DNA of 64,000 nucleotides from Thermodesulfobacteriota bacterium (GTDB taxonomy: Bacteria > Desulfobacterota_D > UBA1144 > Nemesobacterales > UBA2774), in assembly GCA_963422265.1 (NCBI GenBank), contig OY729416.1, positions 480,001 to 544,000 on the forward strand, written 5' to 3'. The position numbers and the translations under genes are program-made. This document shows positions 31,101-39,745 of the stretch, piece by piece. Below the pieces are notes generated by a model that saw only the letters and a list, made by a program, of their open reading frames with translations, ran no database searches and was not told the origin of the DNA. How positions within the stretch are numbered: the first letter of the stretch is position 1; every line of letters begins with the position of its first letter.

Positions 31101-31748
31101 CAACTAAGAGAAAGTGTGATTGAGACCTCTGGAACAAAGTCGGAGGCTAAGAGGGAGCTTGATGCGGTTGGCGGCGAAGATGCAGCTTCACGCGCTGCTG
31201 CAGAGCGGCAGGAAGCACTCGCCGAGATGCGTGAGGTGGCTGAGCATTACGTGCGGTTGCGTACATCAACAATGTTGCTGCAATGGGCAATTGACCGCTA
31301 TAGGCGAGAAAAACAGGCACCTCTCCTCAAAAGCACTGGAAAAATTTTCAGAATAATCACGGGTGGCTCGTTTGAAGGCTTAGGCATAGACTATGATGAT
31401 AAGGATAGGGCGCAGCTTATCGGGCTGAGATCAGACGGAAAGACTGTAGGGGTAGATGGCATGAGCACGGGAACGAGAGATCAACTCTACCTTGCACTAC
31501 GCGTGGCTTCCATCGAAGATTACCTAGATCACGCAAACGCCCTGCCATTCATTGCCGACGATCTTTTTATCAATTTTGATGATGATAGATCCTCAAAAGG
31601 CTTCCAAGTTCTTGAACGACTCGCGGACAAAACCCAGGTACTCTTCTTTACGCATCATAAGCATTTGGTAGATATAGCTCTATCTACCCTAGGAAAGTCA
31701 ACTCATATAGTTTCTTTGCAGGATAAAAAAACCAGTCCTTTAGATTAG
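28197..31748 (+). CDS. YhaN-type SMC/Rad50-like ATPase (AAA_27)
   Basis: GSNEAGKST, long coiled coil, MSTGTRDQLYLALR, DDLFINFDDDR, FTHH. Confidence 0.9.
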   Translation: MRLRRLDLLRYGCFTDKSFELPVNQFDFHIIFGSNEAGKSTALAAIEDLIFDMPRHSPYNFLHDYTSMRVGAILESEGSSLEFVRRKGSKHTLLDMNNLPIKGGEGRLKPFLAGVDRSFFERMFSLNHVRLEAGGREILEAKDEIGQMLFSAGAGIVGLKGRLNNMHNEADGLWAPRKAGHRKYYQARDKLDEAKRELREKTLPANKWQKLRLDYEKAEENYSNAKEKCEQAEAGRTKLNRIRRVYRYVSRKARLEEEIKTLKDVASLPEDARQKLDAANRQKSESSAQIEVLSKQLEEARRKLENLTYDKALVIQADDVKQLSERRIEIRKEKTDLPKRQAELNAAEIEMWRLAKELDWHEKNGVDKLIERIPKQVKIKELRSLLVRRREIYSGIERHSEDLKESQTDLDKIRKSLDGMGEEKDVSGLSAVIRAVREMGDITTRLRNAEQKHLEVQGYVNGLFASLHPELPSEKDVIDIKVPPRPSVQSLRDEIKNGERLFQENFKQIESIKQKLNSNRSAYEHAAREGNTVTAEELKNARSHRDTLWKLVRSKHIEEVTISDKHLCDYDKELDDLPASLEIAMRKADEVADSKFENAEVSGRLAEMSRNINEQEEKLDQLRELEESFRKEGQYLKNSWISLWNNAPFEPLDPDAMLEWMEAHNKLLEAIGRRDETRAALMFVCREEYEAKENIMNELKAFGIDKSTLEKKSLQMILSRASDLEDKCKKEAQERIQLKESLQNALDRVEKRQRRLRQVKKDQEEWKELIYTALSGVGLASDLSLEAVDAQIDLIDQMKVKEREINNLRYDRIEKIKRDIANYESMVKEVVKKVAEDISGTGADDAVLQIESRLQEAQRLRTLQEETREEIDKLTRKVSEAERKYQEVEASVKNLREVADVKTNEELREAIEKSDRLRRLNSELKETLQMLENEGDCFTVEDLERECADVDDIDQVTAKETAITKELAQLRESVIETSGTKSEAKRELDAVGGEDAASRAAAERQEALAEMREVAEHYVRLRTSTMLLQWAIDRYRREKQAPLLKSTGKIFRIITGGSFEGLGIDYDDKDRAQLIGLRSDGKTVGVDGMSTGTRDQLYLALRVASIEDYLDHANALPFIADDLFINFDDDRSSKGFQVLERLADKTQVLFFTHHKHLVDIALSTLGKSTHIVSLQDKKTSPLD

Positions 31749-31950
31749 CCAACGCCTGATTTTATGCAGAATTATTTAATTGCCAATCTTTCTATCTCTA
31801 TTCTTATGTCTCATACTCTCTATGGGCTTGTTCAGCAACGCAGTTCTACATTCATAAGCATTGAAAGTAGTTTAATCTCATTATGTAACTTACTGTAATG
31901 ATAGTTAAATAATATTTTTAAACTGTCATCACTTGCATGAAAAAGGTACC

Positions 31951-33405
31951 CTACCTCTTCCAAAACATCGGGGAAAAGAATACTAGAATAGCGTATAGCT
32001 CAAGCCTTCCAAGAAGCATAAGGAAGCACGTCCATAACTTTGAGAAATCAGAGAGAAATTGGTAGTTACGCGTCGCTCCTACTTCCTCAAAACCTGGACC
32101 TACGTTGCCAATCGTAGCAGCGGATAGGGATAGTGCTCCCATTATTGAGATGTCCTCAACCAATAGGATTACTAATACTGAAAGAATGAAAATAGCTATG
32201 TAGAGAAGAAAAAAGCTTGTAATGCCGGATGCTATGTCATCGCTAACGGCTCTCTTATCTATTCTAAGGGGAAGGATGGCATGTGGCTTTATAAGGTGGT
32301 TTATTTCCCTAATCCCTTTCTTAATTAAAACTAGTATTCTGATTACCTTAATCGAGCCCGTTGTAGATCCTGCGCACCCACCGACGAACATGAGAATAAG
32401 GAGAGCAAATACGGCGAATTTAGTCCAGAGATTAGGGTCCGTCGTGCTGAAACCCGTCCCAGTCATTATAGAAATTATCTGAAATGACGCGTATCTAAGC
32501 GATTCGAGGTAGCTTGGGTAATGGCGTAACCACAATTCGACACTGACCAACAGCACAAAGGCTACTAACAGAGACGCAAAGAATTTCAGCTCGGAACTCT
32601 TTAAGAGTTTTGAGAATTTGCCGGTAAAAAAATAGTATAGGAGGAGGAAATTAGTCGCTCCCAAAATCATAAACAATATAATAATAAACTCTATAAAGGG
32701 ATTACCGTAGCCTCCTATACTACCGTTATTGACTGAGAAGCCTCCCGTCGACACGGTGCTGAACGAGGTAGCGATGGCGTCAAAAATTGGCATACCAGCA
32801 AAGTAGAGCAAAGCTATCAAGATTACGGATAGTATAATATAGACTAGCCATAAGCTTTTCGCCGTCTTGGCTACGTGCGGGGTTAGTTTTTCCGTAGTTG
32901 GACCTGGGGCTTCAAGACTCATAAGCTGCATACCACCTACGGACAGCTTAGGCAAAACGGCAATGCACAAAATAATAATCCCCATGCCGCCTAACCATTG
33001 GGTGAAACCCCTATAAAACAATATACCGTGAGGGAGACTTTCTACATTGGAGATTACGGTAGCTCCCGTAGTCGTATAACCTGAGACGGACTCGAACAAC
33101 GCGTCCATTGGACTAGAAGAAACGCCTATGAACAAATACGGAAGTGCCCCGAAAAGGCTTGCCGCCATCCAACACGTGAAGGCGATAAAAAAAGCTTCCT
33201 TTCTGCCTATCTCAACTATACTTCCCGGCTCTTTAGTTGCTAGTTTTAGGGTAGCCCCTGAGCTGGCCGTTATTAAAGCAGTGATCCAAAAAACATGGAA
33301 CTTGCCGTCTCCATAGATAAAAGATGGGATTATGGGAATTAAGAACAGCAAGCCAAAGAATTTAAGAAAAATCCCGACTACGTGAAACGAACGCCTTAAA
33401 TTCAT
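31951..33405 (-). CDS. trkH: Trk potassium uptake membrane protein
   Basis: FESVSGYTTTG, QWLGGMG, GGCAGSTTG, GNVGPG, GRLE. Confidence 0.93.
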   Translation of the reverse strand: MNLRRSFHVVGIFLKFFGLLFLIPIIPSFIYGDGKFHVFWITALITASSGATLKLATKEPGSIVEIGRKEAFFIAFTCWMAASLFGALPYLFIGVSSSPMDALFESVSGYTTTGATVISNVESLPHGILFYRGFTQWLGGMGIIILCIAVLPKLSVGGMQLMSLEAPGPTTEKLTPHVAKTAKSLWLVYIILSVILIALLYFAGMPIFDAIATSFSTVSTGGFSVNNGSIGGYGNPFIEFIIILFMILGATNFLLLYYFFTGKFSKLLKSSELKFFASLLVAFVLLVSVELWLRHYPSYLESLRYASFQIISIMTGTGFSTTDPNLWTKFAVFALLILMFVGGCAGSTTGSIKVIRILVLIKKGIREINHLIKPHAILPLRIDKRAVSDDIASGITSFFLLYIAIFILSVLVILLVEDISIMGALSLSAATIGNVGPGFEEVGATRNYQFLSDFSKLWTCFLMLLGRLELYAILVFFSPMFWKR

Positions 33406-33449
33406 CCCCTATGTGTTTTTGGCTGCCCTTTTCTGGCTGGACTTGTCAT

Positions 33450-34817
33450 CTATTTCACCAGCCGTGCCGCCTCAGGGTTATGGCGCAGAAACGTATCAAG
33501 GTGCATATCTGAATATGAGCCCTTAGGATAGTACTCGTCGTAAAACTCAACGTCTATATTCATAGCCTGAAATACAAGCCTCATATACATAGGATCTACG
33601 AACGCAGGAAACCTGCCGTACCTGTCGTATATATAGTTAGCCACGTCTTTTACAATCTGTTTTGTAGTCTCCGTCGGCTTGGGGGCTCTCATTAAATGTT
33701 TATCGGGCTCCACGTAGGGAAACGGCTTGTCAGACTTCCAAGCGGCGTTTTTGTGCTCATGGAAAGCGTCAATCGCTTCATCCATATTTTTATAATATGG
33801 AGGGCAATAAGCTTCAAACACGCCATCCCTACCAACTGGCACGGTCGTGGGAGGATCAATTACGCCTTTCTTAGGTTGTATAAATCTGAAGCCGAGACCC
33901 TTAAACAACTCGGGGGCACAACCCATCGCGAATCTTGGGATAAATCCGCTGAACGTCCAACCTGCAAGTCCGAGGGCTTGGAGGGCGAGGCTCATATTCT
34001 GACAAATAAACGCCTGTTCAACGTTCAGCCCGGTGAGAATTCTTACCTCAAGGTCAAATAGAGATAGCTTTACGCTGTCTTTTAACCTTCCCTTTTCAAT
34101 CCATTTTGAGACTCCTGCGGGCTTCCCCGTAAGATCGTCAATAATGGTGAATCCGTATGAATGGCTGCAGTATAGGTGAAGTAAATTTATATATTCCTCA
34201 GTTACATCCGTAACCGGTATAAAAACAGAGGTGCCTGGCTTGTTCGTATTCCATTGGTTGAAATCAAAAAGCCCGGGCATACGGTCAGGAAGTTCCGCCC
34301 TCCCCTCCTCAAGCTTAACTAGGCTTTCGCGGTATAGCTCCAATAATTTTTCGATTCTCTGACTTCGGTTCATTTTGAAAAACACGTCAAGCTCGTGGTT
34401 TTTGGGGAGCATGTGTTTTACGTTGACGTGGTAAAGCCCTTTGTCATTAGTAAAAAATAGCTCAGTTCCGTGATTATTACATGCTGAGGGCCAAGTGCGT
34501 CCTGTCCACTGGCAAAGGAGGTCAATACCCGTCTCCGGAGGGAGGTCAGCGAGACAAAGACCCGTAAGCCCGGTTCCAGACCACACTAGAAGCGCTTCTT
34601 CCATCTCCTCAAGCGGTATAGGATCGTATTTAGATTCAAAACCAAGCGTCGTGTCTTCAAGCTTCATACCTAAGCCAAAACGACGAGACCTTCTATTAAA
34701 TATAGAATCAAATAATGGGTACTTTAGGGCAGCCTCGTATCTTTCATTTAGCTTAAACATCTCCTCCTTTCCATTAGCGTTCTTCTTATTCCCTTTTTTA
34801 TCAGTCTTCTTAGCCAT
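33450..34817 (-). CDS. Uncharacterised nitroreductase/SagB-fold protein (paralog 1)
   Basis: RRSRRF, LLVWSGTG, GRTWPSACN, QNMSLALQALGLAGW; AGGAGG-like RBS; paralog at 52235. Confidence 0.7.
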   Translation of the reverse strand: MAKKTDKKGNKKNANGKEEMFKLNERYEAALKYPLFDSIFNRRSRRFGLGMKLEDTTLGFESKYDPIPLEEMEEALLVWSGTGLTGLCLADLPPETGIDLLCQWTGRTWPSACNNHGTELFFTNDKGLYHVNVKHMLPKNHELDVFFKMNRSQRIEKLLELYRESLVKLEEGRAELPDRMPGLFDFNQWNTNKPGTSVFIPVTDVTEEYINLLHLYCSHSYGFTIIDDLTGKPAGVSKWIEKGRLKDSVKLSLFDLEVRILTGLNVEQAFICQNMSLALQALGLAGWTFSGFIPRFAMGCAPELFKGLGFRFIQPKKGVIDPPTTVPVGRDGVFEAYCPPYYKNMDEAIDAFHEHKNAAWKSDKPFPYVEPDKHLMRAPKPTETTKQIVKDVANYIYDRYGRFPAFVDPMYMRLVFQAMNIDVEFYDEYYPKGSYSDMHLDTFLRHNPEAARLVK

Positions 34818-35030
34818 TTTATACCTCCAGATTTATTCGGATTTGTATAGCCAATTCATAAACGCGTGAGCTTAACTAATCAAGCGCTTTGAGATGGCAA
34901 CAGACAATCTAAAGTAGCTCAATAAAAAAGCAAGAAATCTATTTCTAACCTAATTCTGTTCAAAATAACCTTTTTATGCTACTATTACAAGTCATTAGTG
35001 CCATACAATGAAATGTAATACAAAATCAAG

Positions 35031-35681
35031 ATGTTTTTAGCCTTTTTATGCTACTCAATTTTTCTCCACGCTATATTCATCATCTCTTTAGTCCCATTAT
35101 TTTTAGGAGAGCAAAAAGATGAGAAAGACGACTATATAGTTATTGCAATAGCAAGCAAACAGATACAGGAAAGGATACAGGAGAAACCAAAGAAGACGGT
35201 TACTAATAAGAAAGAGCCAGTTAAAAAGAACTACGAGAAAAAGCCCACTATACCACAAGAACAAAACCCCCTTATTAGCAAGAAACAAGAAATAATTAAA
35301 CCAGTTGAAGAATCCCAAAGTGAGGAGGTAGAGGAGGTAAAAGGTAGGCTGTTAAAAGAGCAAAGTGGGCCGAATAAGCCGATCAAGCCTAGTAAAAAGG
35401 ATGAGGTTGCTAAACCTGCCTACGGCGTTAACCCCAGTCCAAAGTATCCCAAGGTGGCTACAAGAAGGGGGTATGAAGGTGAGGTTCATGTAAGGGTTTT
35501 TGTTCACAATAATGGAAAAGTAGGCAAAATCGAGCTTGAGAAGTCCTCTGGCTACTCAATATTGGATAGGTCAGCCCTTAGAGCCGTAAAAAAATGGACG
35601 TTTATTCCAGCCCGAAAAAACGGTAATAAAATATCAAGCTGGGTAACGGTGCCTATAAAATTCCAACTTGACAAGAAATAA
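35031..35681 (+). CDS. TonB-family energy transducer
   Basis: N-terminal TM with S..H, Lys/Pro/Glu-rich linker, YPKVATRRGYEG...SSG..LDRSA..WTF.PA. Confidence 0.88.
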   Translation: MFLAFLCYSIFLHAIFIISLVPLFLGEQKDEKDDYIVIAIASKQIQERIQEKPKKTVTNKKEPVKKNYEKKPTIPQEQNPLISKKQEIIKPVEESQSEEVEEVKGRLLKEQSGPNKPIKPSKKDEVAKPAYGVNPSPKYPKVATRRGYEGEVHVRVFVHNNGKVGKIELEKSSGYSILDRSALRAVKKWTFIPARKNGNKISSWVTVPIKFQLDKK

Positions 35682-35701
35682 ACGATGTCTTACTTACTAA
35701 A

Positions 35702-36205
35702 ATGAGAAAATACCTCAGAGCAATTACGATAGCGGCTATCATAGCAATTTTGGATCAGTTATCAAAATGGCTCATCGTGAAATACGTTCCTCTTTATTCT
35801 AATATTAACTTACTACCGTTTCTTGATATAAGTCACGTGCGAAATACGGGGGCAGCTTTTGGCCTGTTCAGCAATCTGCCAGAAGTTGTGAAGCTCCCAT
35901 TTTTTGCATTGGTTCTGATAGCGGCAGTCGTTATTATATTCTATTTTCTATCTAAAGTGGAAGTTCACGACAAGCTTCTGAGTTACTCTCTAGCCCTGAT
36001 ACTCGGCGGGGCAATTGGAAACTCAATAGATAGGTTCAGACTGAGATACGTAACTGATTTCATAGATTTTCACTGGTTTGGGAATCCAGAACTCCATTGG
36101 CCCCCGTTCAACATAGCTGACTCCGCCATCACAATCGGCGTTATACTGATACTGATAGCCACCTTTATATTAAGGGGGGGAGACGAGGAATGTTCACGGG
36201 GATAG
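35702..36205 (+). CDS. lspA: Lipoprotein signal peptidase II
   Basis: DQLSK, NTGAAFG, GAIGNSIDR, VTDF, FNIAD. Confidence 0.96.
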   Translation: MRKYLRAITIAAIIAILDQLSKWLIVKYVPLYSNINLLPFLDISHVRNTGAAFGLFSNLPEVVKLPFFALVLIAAVVIIFYFLSKVEVHDKLLSYSLALILGGAIGNSIDRFRLRYVTDFIDFHWFGNPELHWPPFNIADSAITIGVILILIATFILRGGDEECSRG

Positions 36206-36801
36206 TTGAAGACATAGGGACGGTAAAAAGAATTGATACCAAAGAAAAGGAGATTGTGTTTACTTTTGAGGTAAATAAAATTGATTTAGACAACTCCGAG
36301 ATAGGAGATAGCATAGCCGTCAACGGCGCGTGTCTTACAGTAATCTCACTGAACAGGAAAGCTTTCTCAGTAGAGGCATCTCATGAAACCCTCATTAAAA
36401 CCAACCTCAATAATCTCAAGGTGGGAAGCAAGGTGAACCTTGAACGCTCACTCAAGGTAGGAGCTAAGCTCGGTGGACACATTGTAAATGGGCACGTGGA
36501 CGGCGTAGGTAGGGTAGAATCTACGGAGAAACAGGGAGATTCGGTAGAGTTTACTTTCTCTGTATCTGACGAGGTATTGAGATACATAGTTGAAAAGGGC
36601 TCTGTCTCAATTGACGGAGTAAGCCTTACTGTCAATTCCGTCCGCGGTAATGAATTTGCCGTGAATGTTATCCCATACACACGGAAAGAAACTATATTTG
36701 GGGAATTAGCGCAAGGAAGCCTTGTGAACGTTGAATGTGATATAATTGGCAAATACGTGGAAAAATTCATCGTGGGCACGGCAAAAAAGCAGTATTTATG
36801 A
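36190..36801 (+). CDS. ribE: Riboflavin synthase
   Basis: MFTGIVE N-terminus, SIAVNGACLTV, GGHIVNGHVD. Confidence 0.96.
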   Translation: MFTGIVEDIGTVKRIDTKEKEIVFTFEVNKIDLDNSEIGDSIAVNGACLTVISLNRKAFSVEASHETLIKTNLNNLKVGSKVNLERSLKVGAKLGGHIVNGHVDGVGRVESTEKQGDSVEFTFSVSDEVLRYIVEKGSVSIDGVSLTVNSVRGNEFAVNVIPYTRKETIFGELAQGSLVNVECDIIGKYVEKFIVGTAKKQYL

Positions 36802-36821
36802 GCCTTTCAGGTAGTTGATTT

Positions 36822-37340
36822 GTGAGCAAAAAAGACAAAAATATTTTCTTAGTCGGGTTTATGGGGGCTGGAAAGTCCACCGTTGGGCGTATTCTGGCTG
36901 AGGAAATGGGTTTTAGCTACTGTGATTCTGATAAGTTGTTAGAAGAGCAAGCAGGAGAGACAATCTCAAAGATTTTCTCGGAGCGCGGAGAGGATTACTT
37001 TAGGGATTTAGAATCACAAACCCTTGAATACATATCAAGTAAGGAGAAGCAAGTCGTTGCCACAGGGGGTGGAGTGGTTCAAAGAAAAGAAAACTGGATA
37101 GCTATGAAGAAAAGCGGCATAACAGTTTATCTCAAAGCATCCGTTGAAACTATGCTTGAACGTATAAAACACGACAACTCTCGACCACTACTACAAGTGA
37201 AAAATCCGATTGAAACCGCTAGAGAGCTTCTTGACATAAGAACTCCGATGTATGAAAAAGCGGATTTGATGATTAACACGGAAAACTGTTCACCTGGCAA
37301 GGTTGCCGATGAAATACTTAATAAACTTGTTAGCAAATAA
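36822..37340 (+). CDS. aroK: Shikimate kinase
   Basis: GFMGAGKST, GEDYFRDLE, ATGGG, RPLL. Confidence 0.95.
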   Translation: MSKKDKNIFLVGFMGAGKSTVGRILAEEMGFSYCDSDKLLEEQAGETISKIFSERGEDYFRDLESQTLEYISSKEKQVVATGGGVVQRKENWIAMKKSGITVYLKASVETMLERIKHDNSRPLLQVKNPIETARELLDIRTPMYEKADLMINTENCSPGKVADEILNKLVSK

Positions 37341-37351
37341 CAAACTTGCCG

Positions 37352-37549
37352 TTATATTACCTCAACCGCTTGATTCATAAGTTCTTCAGGAAACCTTGCC
37401 ACCCTCCCGTCAAGGAATTGAACCCTGTATGATTTGCCATGAGGAAGATCAAAAGCCTCTACAATAGTTCCCTTAAGACCCTCTTCAAATCTATCCTTTT
37501 TTCCCTCGATAGACTGCGTTAGCTGAATGGATGATCCTTTTATATACAT
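37352..37549 (-). CDS. Small hypothetical protein, possibly an SH3-like beta-barrel
   Basis: 65-aa ORF with GGAAGG RBS-like sequence; GLKGTIVE...YRVQFLDG. Confidence 0.6.
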   Translation of the reverse strand: MYIKGSSIQLTQSIEGKKDRFEEGLKGTIVEAFDLPHGKSYRVQFLDGRVARFPEELMNQAVEVI

Positions 37550-37615
37550 ACTATTAATAAAACCTTCCTTCGGGGCAGCAGCTTAGAAGATTGCAACTTG
37601 ACGAGCACCTAGCGC

Positions 37616-37945
37616 TTAAAAGGCTTTTTCTATAGCCCTCTCAATTTCACCTTTGGGAACAGCTCCAATTATTTGCTCTATAGCTTCTCCACCTTTGAAA
37701 ACTATGAGCGTTGGAATACTCCTAATCCCAAACTTCATTGTGGTCTCTTGATTTTCATCAACGTTGACCTTGCCGACCTTTAGTTGTTCCTTGTAAGCAG
37801 ATGATACTTCTTCTACTATAGGGGTTATAGCCCTACAGGGGCCACACCAAGGCGCCCAAAAATCAACTAGGACTGGAAGATCACTTTTTATTACTTCTTC
37901 TTCAAAGTTTGAATCGCTTAGTTCTACTACTGAGTTACTAGACAT
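37616..37945 (-). CDS. trxA: Thioredoxin
   Basis: FWAPWCGPC, IRSIPTL. Confidence 0.97.
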   Translation of the reverse strand: MSSNSVVELSDSNFEEEVIKSDLPVLVDFWAPWCGPCRAITPIVEEVSSAYKEQLKVGKVNVDENQETTMKFGIRSIPTLIVFKGGEAIEQIIGAVPKGEIERAIEKAF

Positions 37946-38023
37946 GGCGCTCTCCTCAAATAAAAAGTTGAGATATAATATATACTATATCCACTCTGTG
38001 TCACCCTCAATGCCTCAATGAGT

Positions 38024-39547
38024 TCAATGCTCTTCTATCTCAACGTTGTTACTCTGAAGAAGCGTTCCTGTTGCACTTTTTAATTCAGCTAGATAAATGT
38101 TGTAACTTGTAATCGCTTTTATCTCACGCGTTCCGGCGTCTATAAGGTCCCTTTGCGCCTCCATAACTTCTCGGGTAGTGCCTATACCGACGTTTAATTT
38201 CTCCTGCTCGTTGCTAAGCACCTCTTCTGCAAGTTCAACCGACGCTCTAGCAGCATCTATAGCCTTCAAAGCACTTTCTATCCCCCTAATGGTGCTTCTT
38301 ACCTCAAGCGCAATATTATCCCAAGTCCGTTTCAACGTAATAGCAGCCATTTGAAGCTCAGCCGAAGCCTTTAGATGCTCGCCCCTAGCGGTCTTGTTAA
38401 ATAGGGGAAAGCTAAATTTTCCCAGCACCTGCCAAGTCGCAAAATCTGCATCCCAAATCTGCTTATAAGCATCCTCACGGCTATCGAATTGAGGTGGAAT
38501 GGGTTTAGATTTTTCATTTCCGAAGCTTTGTCTCTTCGGGTTTTCATCCCCACCAAGCCCCTTTAATTCAAGATTTCCCTCAATGGTGAGACTAGGCAGT
38601 CTTTGGTTTGAATAATATCTTTTCAGGGTCTTTTTATTCTCTATATCCAGTTTTACCTTACCTATTTCGGGGCGGAGCTCATAAGCCTTATCTAGTGAAC
38701 TCTGCTCGTCATACTTATATACCTCAGTAGTAGGTTCGTCAGTTACTTCTATTCTTTGAGAAAGGTTTATCCCAAGGATATTCTTAAAATTATCCTCTGC
38801 CGAACTCAACTCGTTCTCAGCCCTTATCAAATCTATCTCCTTTGCCGCGACCTCCGATTTTGCCTGCGTAGCGGCGATCGGAGGAAGAACGCCAACTTCA
38901 ATGCGTATTTCATTTCTTGCCTGAAGGTCAAGGGCAAGCTCGAGTCCTTTTTTTTCAAGCTCAAGGTTTTTCTTCGCGGCAACCAGAAGCCAATAATGCC
39001 TCTCTACATCTAGCAGGACGTTACTCGCAATTATATCCAGTTCTTTTTCTGCAATCTGGCTCGATCTTTCCGCAGTAATTATAAGAGCCCTATTCACTTC
39101 AAGACCAAAGCCCCTAAGAAGATTCTGTCCCAAACTAAAGCCGAGGGTATTGGACCAACTTGGGCTCAAGTCCACAATGCTTGAATCAGTTTTCACCCTG
39201 CTAGTTGAAAAAGTGAGAAGGTTATAAAAAGTTCCTGTTGGTAACTTGCCTTCCACTTTAGCTGATGCCCCTAGTTGTTTCTCATTTACAACTCCGTCTG
39301 GGACGAAGGTGCTAGATGTGGGAACCTCACTCTCGGCATAGAATGAATTTATACTCAGCACTGGGTCAAAGGAGCCTTTCCTAGTCGTAACCTCAGCTTG
39401 AGAAGCTTCGACGCTACGCCTTTGTATCTGTATATCCGTATTGTTTTCAAGGGCTATAAGGATTGAGTCGCTAAGGGAAAGGTTTAATAGCGGATCACCT
39501 TTGCCCGCCATTGCGATCAGCATTAGCAATAGAGTCTTGGTAATCAA
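38024..39547 (-). CDS. TolC-family outer membrane efflux protein
   Basis: Signal peptide, ALENN, two OEP-like repeats, VGIGTTREVMEAQ. Confidence 0.85.
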   Translation of the reverse strand: MITKTLLLMLIAMAGKGDPLLNLSLSDSILIALENNTDIQIQRRSVEASQAEVTTRKGSFDPVLSINSFYAESEVPTSSTFVPDGVVNEKQLGASAKVEGKLPTGTFYNLLTFSTSRVKTDSSIVDLSPSWSNTLGFSLGQNLLRGFGLEVNRALIITAERSSQIAEKELDIIASNVLLDVERHYWLLVAAKKNLELEKKGLELALDLQARNEIRIEVGVLPPIAATQAKSEVAAKEIDLIRAENELSSAEDNFKNILGINLSQRIEVTDEPTTEVYKYDEQSSLDKAYELRPEIGKVKLDIENKKTLKRYYSNQRLPSLTIEGNLELKGLGGDENPKRQSFGNEKSKPIPPQFDSREDAYKQIWDADFATWQVLGKFSFPLFNKTARGEHLKASAELQMAAITLKRTWDNIALEVRSTIRGIESALKAIDAARASVELAEEVLSNEQEKLNVGIGTTREVMEAQRDLIDAGTREIKAITSYNIYLAELKSATGTLLQSNNVEIEEH

Positions 39548-39656
39548 TATTAGCTCCTTTTAATGTTAAAGTGCTATTACAATACTGCACCTACCTAATA
39601 AAAGCACCAAGAGTTCACACACTTCCTTCATAGGACTCGCCTTCTGCTTCAGCCAC

Positions 39657-39684
39657 GTAGGGATAGAATAAACCCTACCCCTAC
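39657..39684. repeat. Degenerate GTAG-type REP-like palindrome
   Basis: GTAGGG...CCCTAC inverted ends around a degenerate core, intergenic. Confidence 0.4.
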
Positions 39685-39745
39685 AACAGTTTATTTATGC
39701 AAGAGTGAACAAGCTGCACAATATGGACATCTACGCTTAGTGTTG

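Larger units (their letters stand above)
16655..31748 (+). other. Defence island with no integrase or transposase seen
   Basis: Co-oriented nuclease, ATPase and methylase genes plus gene fragments, interrupting housekeeping genes between purK and trkH. Confidence 0.8.

Noticed and set aside
31864-31891. dif-like site (TTATGTAAC arm)
   Set aside because: Spacer length and the XerC arm do not fit the 11-6-11 dif structure
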